DNA of 45,303 nucleotides from an uncultured Methanosarcinales archaeon (GTDB taxonomy: Archaea; Nanobdellota; Nanobdellia; Woesearchaeales; GW2011-AR9), in assembly GCA_964343575.1 (NCBI GenBank), contig CAYFJV010000001.1:155402-200704 (forward strand), in the 5' to 3' direction. A model generated the notes under the pieces. It searched no databases, was not told the DNA's origin, and saw only the letters and a program-made list of their open reading frames with translations. The position numbers and the translations under genes were made by a program. This document shows, one piece after another, positions 37,252 to 45,303 of this stretch. The first letter of the stretch is position 1. Every line of letters begins with the position of its first letter.

Positions 37252-38004
37252 TTACTTTACACTAAACAATCTATCCAAGTCTTTCTTAGTTAAGGTTCTG
37301 TACCTTCCCAGTTTAAGCGTTCCAAGACCCAAATGACCTACCCTAATTCGTTTTAATTCTCTTACTTTATAATCAACTGCTTGAAGCATTCTTCGGATGA
37401 TTCGATTCTTTCCTTCATGAATTGTTACTTCAAATATTTTTGGCGCAAGCATAGAGATCTTTGCGGGGCGCACTTTTGATCCGTCTTCTAAAGTTACTCC
37501 TGCTTCCAACTTTTTCTTTGCAGGATCGCTCAGTGGACGATCAGTTCTTACAAGATAGGTTTTCTTTATTTCATTTCTGGGGTGCATAATTTGGTTTGCA
37601 AAATCGCCATCGTTTGTAAGAAGAAGTAATCCAGATGAGTTGTAATCGAGCCTTCCCACCGGAAAAACACGCTCTTTGATTTTGATGTAGTCCATCACAG
37701 TTTTATGCTGCAGATCATGAAGTGCTGTAACACAGTATAAAGGTTTGTGAAACATAAGATAGATCCTTCTTTGTGGTTTTACTTCTTTGTTGTTTACCGT
37801 GATTTTATCAGTTTCTCTTGCTTTATCACCAATGGTGATGATTTTACCATTAACCTTCACTTTTCCATCTTCTATGAGCTGCTCTGCTTTTCTTCTTGAG
37901 CAATAACCACGGTTACTGAGAATCTTTTGTACTCTGTGTAGTGGAGAGTTAGAATTTTGTGCTTTTTTAGCTTTAGTTTGCTTCACAGCAGGTTTTTTGG
38001 ACAT
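37252..38004 (-). CDS. RsuA/RluB-family pseudouridine synthase with S4 domain
   Basis: SRRKAEQLI S4 domain, VGRLD catalytic Asp, GLLLLTNDG, EGKNRIIRRM. Confidence 0.93.
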   Translation of the reverse strand: MSKKPAVKQTKAKKAQNSNSPLHRVQKILSNRGYCSRRKAEQLIEDGKVKVNGKIITIGDKARETDKITVNNKEVKPQRRIYLMFHKPLYCVTALHDLQHKTVMDYIKIKERVFPVGRLDYNSSGLLLLTNDGDFANQIMHPRNEIKKTYLVRTDRPLSDPAKKKLEAGVTLEDGSKVRPAKISMLAPKIFEVTIHEGKNRIIRRMLQAVDYKVRELKRIRVGHLGLGTLKLGRYRTLTKKDLDRLFSVK

Positions 38005-38039
38005 AAGTTAGAAAAAATGAAGAGTTGATTTAAATGTTC

Positions 38040-38261
38040 TTATAAAAGAGGTTTGTTCGCAGTGTGATAAGGAAAATCACCAGCAGCCATATACCACTGA
38101 CTTGGATCATCAACTGGAGGAAGTGGTTTGTTTTTTCCTTTATCTAAAGAGTATTCCGAAGCTAAAGCTTGTTTACTTTTTAGATCACCTTGCCCATCCA
38201 AGCGCTCTTCTAAGGGTAGTGCTGACTTTGGAGTTCTATCAGCTTGTGAGTTTCTTGTCAT
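38040..38261 (-). CDS. Small hypothetical protein
   Basis: 73-aa ORF in a run of minus-strand genes; TATA-like sequence upstream. Confidence 0.5.
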   Translation of the reverse strand: MTRNSQADRTPKSALPLEERLDGQGDLKSKQALASEYSLDKGKNKPLPPVDDPSQWYMAAGDFPYHTANKPLL

Positions 38262-38310
38262 AAAAAATGAAATTTAGAAGAAAGATATAAGGTTTGTGTA
38301 AGATAAATAA

Positions 38311-38757
38311 CTACCTAGTGCCGTAACCCCTTGTAAGTTCTTCAGCTAAAGTACCTGCCTTATCTTTTCTTACTATTACTTGAAATTGATCATATCCACC
38401 TACACTCTTACCAGTTGCTACAAGAAAAGCAGATCTTGCTTGAATACAAGGAGCAATATTCCTTGGTAAAGCCACTATTCTATCAAGAGTTGCCTGTTCT
38501 CTCCCTGCTAGATCATCTACAGACCCTTCCTCTGGAAGAAGAGAAGATTCCCCTGCTCGACTTGGATCAAAGGAATGATCTGCCCTAAAACTAAGAAAAG
38601 CACCCGACTCGTAGGCCCTTCCAATACCTGTTTTTGGATCCCTCTGTATGTAAACAGTTTCATTAAGAGCAGTAAACCCATTAGAGAGGTAACTTGGAGA
38701 GCCATCTACTACTAAAGCTGCTAAACTCCCATATGTTTTTCTATCTCTTTGTGCCAT
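38311..38757 (-). CDS. Hypothetical protein
   Basis: 148-aa ORF; TTTTAAAA upstream. Confidence 0.6.
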   Translation of the reverse strand: MAQRDRKTYGSLAALVVDGSPSYLSNGFTALNETVYIQRDPKTGIGRAYESGAFLSFRADHSFDPSRAGESSLLPEEGSVDDLAGREQATLDRIVALPRNIAPCIQARSAFLVATGKSVGGYDQFQVIVRKDKAGTLAEELTRGYGTR

Positions 38758-38825
38758 AAACTTTTTGTCAAGAATTATGGCCCATTTTTAAAATTAATCA
38801 AGAAAAAAACAACATTTATCGGAAA

Positions 38826-39461
38826 TTATTTACTCTTAGGAAGCTTTGCTTTTCTCCTTATTGGTTTTTTTACAGGCTTCTTCATTGCTCTTTTCACAGG
38901 AGCTTTCGTGGTCTTTCTCGGAGCAGGCTTGGCAATTGGCTTTTGTAAAACAACTGGTTTTCGCTTGCTCACAAACTTGCGCTTAGAACCCGTATAAACA
39001 AACCAATCTTCTTTAGTAATTGAGTGAAAATAATCAGCTTCCTCTTTGAGAATTCTTGCAGTTGTCTTCTCCACAGCAGCAATCTCTACTCGTACCCCTT
39101 CTGCTTTAAGATGCGTTACAAGATCAACGTAATCAGAATCACCAGACATAATGATGATGGTATCAACCTTGGATGCTAACTGGGTTGCTTTGATGGAAAG
39201 CGGGATGTCTGCTGACTTATGACAAGGCACCACAGAACCATAATAACGCTCATGTAATCTGTCTGCTAGTTTGCTAGAAATATTCTTCCCTTCTCGAAAA
39301 TAGATGAGCCGGTTGAGTCCTCTTCCATTAAGCAACTTTGGAATAAGTGCGTCAAAATTGATCATTGCGCTTTCTGTTTTTGCTTCATCATGAATGCTTC
39401 GCTCAATATTGTTCCCATCACAAAGAATTGCTACTGTTTGATTAATGATTATTTTATCCAT
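38826..39461 (-). CDS. NYN/LabA (DUF88) PIN-like domain protein with Lys/Pro-rich tail
   Basis: DGNN, K..D, SGDSDY, GVRVE and ADYF motifs. Confidence 0.9.
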   Translation of the reverse strand: MDKIIINQTVAILCDGNNIERSIHDEAKTESAMINFDALIPKLLNGRGLNRLIYFREGKNISSKLADRLHERYYGSVVPCHKSADIPLSIKATQLASKVDTIIIMSGDSDYVDLVTHLKAEGVRVEIAAVEKTTARILKEEADYFHSITKEDWFVYTGSKRKFVSKRKPVVLQKPIAKPAPRKTTKAPVKRAMKKPVKKPIRRKAKLPKSK

Positions 39462-39578
39462 GTTATCACTTCTTTTTGTTCTTGTTAAACACAGTGCTCA
39501 TTTTAGCTTATTTAATTCTTTTTATTCCCCATATAGCAAAACCCAACTTTTAAGTACCCTTTTTCTTTTCTTTATTCC

Positions 39579-40154
39579 ATGTTGAAGAGTAGGAAGGGAG
39601 CAATCAGCTTGGCTATGAGCACCATTGTAATGATTATCATTTCTTTGGTGATTTTAGCAAGTGGTATTATTCTTTTGAACAGTTGGCTCTCTGGTGCTGA
39701 AGAAATTAAAGCGCAACTTGATAGCAGGACCCAGGGAGAATTAGAAAGGTTACTCATCGATCAAGGGAAAAAAATAGCTTTACCCTTGCACACAGCCACA
39801 GTGCAGGGAGGAGATGGTCATGTCTTTGGTTTAGGAGTACTTAACATTGATGATGAAGCTTATGGTGAAAAATTTCAAACAGATATTACTTTGTCAAAGG
39901 TTCTTGACGGGCAAGATGAGGACATTACTCTTAGTGTTGATGAGCTAGAAGTACTCTCTTGGGTCCTTTATGAAAGCACTATTTTTCTTATTGAAGAGAA
40001 CCAACATTATAGTTTGCCAATTCTGGTAGATACCCCAGCAAGCGCCAAGAAGGGAACGTATATCTTTAATGTAAAGGTGACTTTTATTGAGAACCTTGCT
40101 GGTGAAACAGGGCAGTATGATAACACTAAGAAGTTTTATGTGACTGTCCAATAA
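39579..40154 (+). CDS. Class III signal peptide (pilin-like) secreted protein
   Basis: KSRKG/AISLAMSTIVMIIISLVIL leader followed by a beta-rich domain. Confidence 0.75.
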   Translation: MLKSRKGAISLAMSTIVMIIISLVILASGIILLNSWLSGAEEIKAQLDSRTQGELERLLIDQGKKIALPLHTATVQGGDGHVFGLGVLNIDDEAYGEKFQTDITLSKVLDGQDEDITLSVDELEVLSWVLYESTIFLIEENQHYSLPILVDTPASAKKGTYIFNVKVTFIENLAGETGQYDNTKKFYVTVQ

Positions 40155-40811
40155 TTAAAGAAGCATCTCTTCTAGGAATTTTTTTGGATCTCTTGCACTA
40201 ACTACTGCATGTGCGAGTAAGATTCCAGAACAGCCTAAAAGCATTGCTTGACCCAAATCTTCCTTTTGATGAATTCCTGCACCGCAAAGGACTTTTGTTT
40301 TCTTGGTGATTTGTTTTACTGCCTCAACTGCTTTGAGAATAACATCAGGATCAGCTTGAGTTACAGAAATATCTCCCCCAATGAGTTCGGTTGGCTCATA
40401 AGCGATATAACTCGGTTTAAGCGTTGCGACTTTCTTAATCTCAGCAAGTGTTGAAGCGCAAACAATGGTAGTAAAACGTTTTTTATTACAGAAATTGACA
40501 ATTTCTTTGAGTTGGTTAAAAGGGAGTTTTTTCTCTGAATGATTCAGAAGCGTTCCTCCCACACCAATGTCTTTGAGCTCTTCAAGAGTAACATGTCCTG
40601 TATGTTTTCCAAAGCTTGGAAGATCAAGGTGCTGAGAGAAGACTTTAAGGTTCGTCTTTTCTCTTATTTCTTTTGTCGTGAGAAAAGAAGGACAAACCGC
40701 AACATCATAACCATTACGTTTTGCTTTGGCAATGTTTTTTGCAATGGTGAGGGCTTGCTTTCCAGCAGACTTCTTGTAGTTTTTGAAATTAATAACTATT
40801 AATGCTTTCAT
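40155..40811 (-). CDS. tpiA: Triosephosphate isomerase, archaeal short type
   Basis: INFKNY, LNHSE, AYEP and CGAGI motifs. Confidence 0.95.
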   Translation of the reverse strand: MKALIVINFKNYKKSAGKQALTIAKNIAKAKRNGYDVAVCPSFLTTKEIREKTNLKVFSQHLDLPSFGKHTGHVTLEELKDIGVGGTLLNHSEKKLPFNQLKEIVNFCNKKRFTTIVCASTLAEIKKVATLKPSYIAYEPTELIGGDISVTQADPDVILKAVEAVKQITKKTKVLCGAGIHQKEDLGQAMLLGCSGILLAHAVVSARDPKKFLEEMLL

Positions 40812-40864
40812 GTACAACACAACACAGGAATGAATGATTGACTTCCAATTGGGAGAGAAAAGGT

Positions 40865-41101
40865 TTATTTCTCCTCTTTTACTGAAAAGCTAACGTCAAT
40901 CGTGTCCTCATCTTTGCCCTTGCCTTTTTTAAATTTACCGATTAAGGTGAAGAAGTAGGCAAAAAGAAGAAGGAGGAGAATGAGCGGAATGAGAAAGAGA
41001 ATAATGTTAAAGAGGATAAGAAAAATAACAAGACCTAAAATGCTTACAAAGATGGCAGCTAACATCCCAGAAACACTTCTTTTTGATACCTTCACTCTCA
41101 T
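40865..41101 (-). CDS. Small membrane protein
   Basis: Long hydrophobic stretch; ends TIDVSFSVKEEK. Confidence 0.7.
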   Translation of the reverse strand: MRVKVSKRSVSGMLAAIFVSILGLVIFLILFNIILFLIPLILLLLLFAYFFTLIGKFKKGKGKDEDTIDVSFSVKEEK

Positions 41102-41157
41102 TTTCTAGCTCTCTTTTTTTTTAGTTGTTCTTAATTTTTTTTCTGCTTTTTTGGTCC

Positions 41158-41313
41158 TTGTCCTAAGAGGCGAAAGGCACCTGCCAGGCGACGCCTTATA
41201 GGTTCCTGTCCGCCATTCAATTTTCTTCCGCTGGTCGAAAATGGCTCCCAGGAAGATCACTCCTTGTTCTCGTTGTGGTCGCAATTGGGCAGCGGCGCTC
41301 TCTCTTAGGACAA
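41158..41313. ncRNA. Candidate structured RNA of unknown class
   Basis: GC-rich island closed by a perfect 12-bp inverted repeat TTGTCCTAAGAG/CTCTTAGGACAA, with nested stems CTGCC/GGCAG, GCGAC/GTCGC, TTCCTG/CAGGAA and GCCATT/AATGGC. Confidence 0.55.
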
Positions 41314-41910
41314 AGTTGCTTTGTTTGTCTTCTTTTGATTGAAGAAGCCCAGTGCTATAAAAATACTCCCTAAAAGTAGCATAATCACTAAAATCTTTAC
41401 TGCCATCCAAAGGAAAAAGGATTCTGGATAGGTAGAGATAAGAAAAGAATCTAGAGGAAACTGCCAGTTTCCTTGGGGAAATAAAAGGTAGTGGAATGTT
41501 GCAAAACTTTTTTGAAAGCTTATTGCCACAGCTAAGAGCACGAGAAGAGGTAGGGTAATTGTTGTTAAACCTCCCCAGAAAAAGAGTTTACTGAGCATTG
41601 CTGGACTCTTTCTGTAGGAAGTAATGATAAGCGTTGAGAGCAAGAGAGTTGTCCAAAAAAGAATGTTCTGTACCTTAAGAAGTTCATGCACATCATACAT
41701 ATGAGAAATTTCTGCATCACTTGCTCCTGCTTCTTGTAGGGAGGTTTCGAAAGCTTGAGGATTGTTCAAAAAATCAATTCCTAACTGCTGTGTTTCTGTG
41801 AGGGGAGTTATGAGAAGTGCCAACTTGTAAGCTAAGATGATAAAAAGAATAGTTATGAAAACTAAAAAACAAAGACACAAAGGACCTTCTTTGTTCTTGG
41901 GTGTTCTCAT
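41305..41910 (-). CDS. DUF1461 / Lit (lipoprotein intramolecular transacylase)-like membrane protein
   Basis: Four TM helices; SHMYDV and FHYLLFPQGNWQF...LI..YPESFF motifs. Confidence 0.8.
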   Translation of the reverse strand: MRTPKNKEGPLCLCFLVFITILFIILAYKLALLITPLTETQQLGIDFLNNPQAFETSLQEAGASDAEISHMYDVHELLKVQNILFWTTLLLSTLIITSYRKSPAMLSKLFFWGGLTTITLPLLVLLAVAISFQKSFATFHYLLFPQGNWQFPLDSFLISTYPESFFLWMAVKILVIMLLLGSIFIALGFFNQKKTNKATLS

Positions 41911-42222
41911 TCTCAGAAAGACTTATTCTTAGCTTTAAATGGCTTTCTCAAGTGTAAAGAGGCAGAGATTGGCTGGGAAATAGTTAAATTATGGAGAATA
42001 TATTTACAGTATATTCTAAAGTTTTATATATGCCTTTTTGAGATTTTTACTCCTAAAGAGGTGTGCGTGCTTTTTAGCGCGAGTGCTCTTAGGGGTGTGG
42101 CCAGGAAATGAGTTGTGTTTTCTTTCCTGGCTCTTTTTTTCGACTTTTTTCTATAAGAGTATTCTTTTCTTTCTAAAAATATTTAAAATTAGATCTTTTC
42201 CCGATTTTTGTGGCAAGTACTT

Positions 42223-42388
42223 ATGGTGGAAGAAGAAGCACCGCTCAGATCCAAAAGATGGAGAATCTTTAGAGACTATAGGGAAGGACCTTGGTGTTAC
42301 AAGAGAGCGAGTAAGACAAATAGAGTTAAAGGCCATGGGAAAACTGCGCCATCCCTCTAGATCAAGAAGATTAGAACAATTTCGCTGA
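42223..42388 (+). pseudogene. Remnant of a bacterial primary sigma factor (RpoD) region 4.2
   Basis: 42257-42388 encodes [43 protein letters not shown]. The nearby ATG at 42223 is out of frame, and the upstream in-frame ORF looks non-coding. Confidence 0.7.
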
Positions 42389-42422
42389 TTTCTAAAGATT
42401 AGAAGATTAAAAAGAAAAAAAA

Positions 42423-43037
42423 TTAAGCTTTAGTCTTTGCTGCAGAGTAACGTTTGCTTACTTCTTCCCAATTGATTAACTTGAAGAAATTATCAATCCA
42501 CTCTCCACGTCTGTTCTGGTACTTAAGATAATACGCATGTTCCCAAACATCGCAAACCATAATCGGCTTTAGACCTTGTACCCACACTTTCTGATGGTTC
42601 TCAACTGCAAAGACATGCAAAGAACCATGTTCACAAGATGCAAGTACTCCCCAACCAGATCCTTCAACTGCAGCAGTTGCCTTCTTGAACTGCATCTCAA
42701 ACTTTTCCCAAGAGCCAAACCATTGCTCAATCGCAGCAAGAAGCTCACCTTCTGCCTTGTTGTCTTCTTTTCCTGGCCTCATGTTTTCCCAAAACAAAGA
42801 GTGAAGTAAATGACCAGCACCATGGAATGCTTGTTCTCGCTCCCAATGTTTGATTAGAGAAAAGTCACCTGTTTCTCTGGCTTCTGCTAACTTTTTCATA
42901 GCGTTGTTTAATCCCTTTACATAACCTGCATGGTGTTTGTCATGATGAATCTCTACAGTTTGTTTATCATAGTAAGGTTCAAGTGCATCATATGTGTAAG
43001 GTAATTCTGGTAAAGTAAATGCTTTTTTGTCTGTCAT
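42423..43037 (-). CDS. sod: Fe/Mn superoxide dismutase
   Basis: LPELPY, HHDKHH, H..FW, GSGW and DVWEHAYY motifs; GGAGG RBS. Confidence 0.97.
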   Translation of the reverse strand: MTDKKAFTLPELPYTYDALEPYYDKQTVEIHHDKHHAGYVKGLNNAMKKLAEARETGDFSLIKHWEREQAFHGAGHLLHSLFWENMRPGKEDNKAEGELLAAIEQWFGSWEKFEMQFKKATAAVEGSGWGVLASCEHGSLHVFAVENHQKVWVQGLKPIMVCDVWEHAYYLKYQNRRGEWIDNFFKLINWEEVSKRYSAAKTKA

Positions 43038-43049
43038 TTTATTATCCTC

Positions 43050-43628
43050 CTAAATCTTTCCCACCAAGTCCATCCCTGGCCTTAGTGTCTTCTCTCCTGG
43101 TTTCCAATTCATTGGACAGACTTCTCCACCATGCGCTGCAACATACTGCGCTGCTTGCAACTTACGGATAAGTTCAGCGGTACTTCTCCCAATACTGTTG
43201 TCATGCAGCTCGAATGCTTTGAGAACTCCCTCTGGATCGATAACAAAAGTTCCTCGAAGAGAGAGTCCTTCTTCCTCAATATAAGTTCCATAATCTCGAC
43301 AAACTTGTCCAGTTGGATCAGCTAGCATTGGAAACTTAATCTTATTAATGGTTGGAGAGTGGTCCCACCATGCTTTGTGTACAAAAGCAGTATCAGTACT
43401 TACACTGATTACTTCTGCGTTAAGTCCCTTAAGTTGCTCGTAGTGATCTGCAAGATCTCCAAGCTCTGTTGGACAAACAAAAGTGAAGTCTGCGGGATAG
43501 AAGAAAAGGATTACCCATTTCCCTTTGTAGTCTTGAAGTGAGACTTGTTTTGTTTCATTGTTTACAAATGCCTGGGCAGTAAAGCCAGGTGCTGGATCGT
43601 TTATTTTTACCATTCTGTTTTCCTCCAT
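43050..43628 (-). CDS. ahpC: 2-Cys peroxiredoxin AhpC
   Basis: FYPADFTFVCPTE and GEVCP motifs. Confidence 0.96.
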   Translation of the reverse strand: MEENRMVKINDPAPGFTAQAFVNNETKQVSLQDYKGKWVILFFYPADFTFVCPTELGDLADHYEQLKGLNAEVISVSTDTAFVHKAWWDHSPTINKIKFPMLADPTGQVCRDYGTYIEEEGLSLRGTFVIDPEGVLKAFELHDNSIGRSTAELIRKLQAAQYVAAHGGEVCPMNWKPGEKTLRPGMDLVGKI

Positions 43629-43652
43629 TTAATTATTATTTTTAGCTGTTGT

Positions 43653-44120
43653 TTATTGTTCTTTGATAAAGTCAAGTACTTCTTTACTATGTGTTGGCGG
43701 CTTTACCTTCTCATAGACTTTGATTACTTTTTTGTTTTCATCAAGTACAAAGGTCATTCGGGCAATTCCCATATAGCTTCTTCCCATGAATTTTTTCTCT
43801 CCATAGACACCATACTTGCTTGAGACTTTGAAATCAGTATCTGAAAGTAAGGGGAAGCTAAGCCCATGCTTTTCACAAAACTTTGTTTTTGATTTTTCAT
43901 CTCCACCGCTGATGCCAATAATTGTGGTGTCAAGTTTTTTGAAACTTGATAAGTCCCTGTTGAACATATTTGCTTCAACAGTACAACCAGGAGTATTATC
44001 TTTAGGATAAAAATAAATGACTGTGAATTTGCTCGTTATCTCTTTGAGTTTGTGGACTCTTCCATCCTTGTCTGGAAGTGCAAAATCAGGAGCATTCTTT
44101 CCTTCTGTAACTGGATTCAT
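43653..44120 (-). CDS. bcp: BCP/PrxQ peroxiredoxin
   Basis: YFYPKDNTPGCTVEA, FPLLSD and R.TFV motifs. Confidence 0.94.
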   Translation of the reverse strand: MNPVTEGKNAPDFALPDKDGRVHKLKEITSKFTVIYFYPKDNTPGCTVEANMFNRDLSSFKKLDTTIIGISGGDEKSKTKFCEKHGLSFPLLSDTDFKVSSKYGVYGEKKFMGRSYMGIARMTFVLDENKKVIKVYEKVKPPTHSKEVLDFIKEQ

Positions 44121-44162
44121 TTTCTTTGCCTCTTTTTCTTGTTTACTTATCTTCTATATGAA

Positions 44163-44417
44163 TTAAAAGTCAATCTTAATGCTTCCACTTTTCATAGTAC
44201 ATTGACAAGCAAGGCGCTGACTGTCTTCTAAACCAAAATCTTCTTCCTTCTCATTTTTAGCAGATAAGTTTTCCATACCCTCTTGCACTTCAACAATGCA
44301 AGTTCCGCACATCCCATTTTGACAACCAAAAGGGATACCTAAACTCTCTGCAGCTGGTTGCATGGGGCTGTTATCCTCTTGTTCTACTTCATTATCTTCC
44401 AATTTTAACTTAACCAT
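44163..44417 (-). CDS. [2Fe-2S] ferredoxin
   Basis: CQNGMCGTC...RLACQ motif; ATG at 44417 after GGTGA. Confidence 0.92.
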   Translation of the reverse strand: MVKLKLEDNEVEQEDNSPMQPAAESLGIPFGCQNGMCGTCIVEVQEGMENLSAKNEKEEDFGLEDSQRLACQCTMKSGSIKIDF

Positions 44418-44646
44418 AAGATTCACCACTCATTTCCCTATTGTTCTTGTTCCTTCTTGTTTGCTGCAAAGATACAAACTGTACTTTTAGAATTAAGTTC
44501 AATGCAGAGCTTTGTGAGATTGAGGGCCTATATAAGCTTTGTGGAAAGAGACAGAAAAAGGAAGGGAAAGAAGAAATCTTTTCTCTAATAAGCCAACATT
44601 GTCCTGGAAAAGGTTTATATCTTCTAAGATATACTTTCCTTGGATT

Positions 44647-45303
44647 ATGTGCAACAAAAGAACTTTGATCCTTTTCACTTGTCTTTTTGTACTTCTTTTC
44701 TTGCTTACTGCTTGTGGGAGGACTCCAGACCTTGGAGATGTCGATACTCCAGAAGGAGAGGGCGCCGGCGGAGGAAGTATTCCAAGCGTGGAAGTTGAGG
44801 AGGAGAGTTTTCTTGATCCAAGTGATTACACAGATCCTGGTTTTGATCTTGTTTCTGACTTTTCTCTTGGTGATTATAGTCAAAGTGTACAGAGCAGTGG
44901 TGCTACACTTATCTCAGATATTCCTTATGCTTCAGATGATGTTACTGTCTTTGATGTGTTTTACAAAGAAGAATATTTACTTAGTGGGGATGCTCCAATT
45001 GTTTTCTTGGTACATGGTGGGAATGAACTTCCTGGAAAGACTCGCTTACATCATATGCATGATCTGTACACAGACCTTGGTTTTGTTGCAGTGTTCATGA
45101 ATTATCGCTATGATCCAGAAGACTTACATCATGGATTTTCTGAGATTCATGATGTTGCTTGTAGCATTGCTACTTTCAAAGAGATTGCCCATGAGTTTGG
45201 AGCTAATCCTGATGAAGTCTATCTTCACGGTTTTTCTCATGGAGGTTATGTAAGCTCTTTTTTAGCAGTTTCTAATCACATCGACTTGCTTCAACACTGC
45301 CCA
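44647..45303 (+). CDS. Lipoprotein alpha/beta hydrolase (esterase), partial, runs off the right end
   Basis: Not in the ORF track. Manual translation MCNKRTLILFTCLFVLLFLLTA-C...VHGG...NYR...GFSHGG gives a lipobox, an HGG oxyanion motif and GxSxG; TTTATAT 27 nt upstream. Confidence 0.88.
   Translation, partial: MCNKRTLILFTCLFVLLFLLTACGRTPDLGDVDTPEGEGAGGGSIPSVEVEEESFLDPSDYTDPGFDLVSDFSLGDYSQSVQSSGATLISDIPYASDDVTVFDVFYKEEYLLSGDAPIVFLVHGGNELPGKTRLHHMHDLYTDLGFVAVFMNYRYDPEDLHHGFSEIHDVACSIATFKEIAHEFGANPDEVYLHGFSHGGYVSSFLAVSNHIDLLQHCP

Noticed and set aside
41187..41282. 5S rRNA on the minus strand (GCGACCAC...CCATTTTCGA...GTCGC)
   Set aside because: Helix I- and III-like elements are present, but there is no room for helices IV/V and the loop C register is off; kept only as an unknown RNA.
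41105..41410. 101-aa minus-strand ORF
   Set aside because: It overlaps the lit-like gene and spans the structured element and poly-A tracts; likely a spurious ORF.
42038..42256. N-terminal part of the 116-aa ORF
   Set aside because: TTG start and a Phe/Leu-rich translation of T-rich intergenic DNA; only the last 43 codons look coding.
44410..45100. ORF-track entries 44410-44883(-), 44441-44668(+) and 44687-45100(+)
   Set aside because: They are shadows of the esterase reading frame that starts at 44647.

Overview
AT-rich chromosomal segment of an archaeon, most likely DPANN/Woesearchaeota-like. The evidence is archaeal-type uL11, PAC2, TpiA, Tyw3, METTL5 and XerA, TATA boxes about 25-30 nt before start codons, GGTGA ribosome-binding sites and KRG-type N-termini. 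From left to right the window holds: a Ca2+-export pair (partial Na+/Ca2+ exchanger and a P2-type ATPase); three giant acidic surface proteins; rpl11; an orphan-rich accessory region centred on a dif-like site at 27481-27508; xerA; RNA-modification genes; tpiA; a GC-rich structured RNA candidate; a sigma-70 region 4 remnant; an fdx-bcp-ahpC-sod cluster; and a partial lipoprotein esterase. The strongest candidates for novelty are: (1) a dif site surrounded by about 10 copies of its arm motif GTTCnnATAA, three of them as tandem pairs polarised around dif and one in the xerA promoter; (2) a homologue of eukaryotic OGFOD1/Tpa1 split into two coupled genes; (3) a 156-nt structured RNA-like element. 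All calls come from manual reading and motif recognition; no database searches were run.
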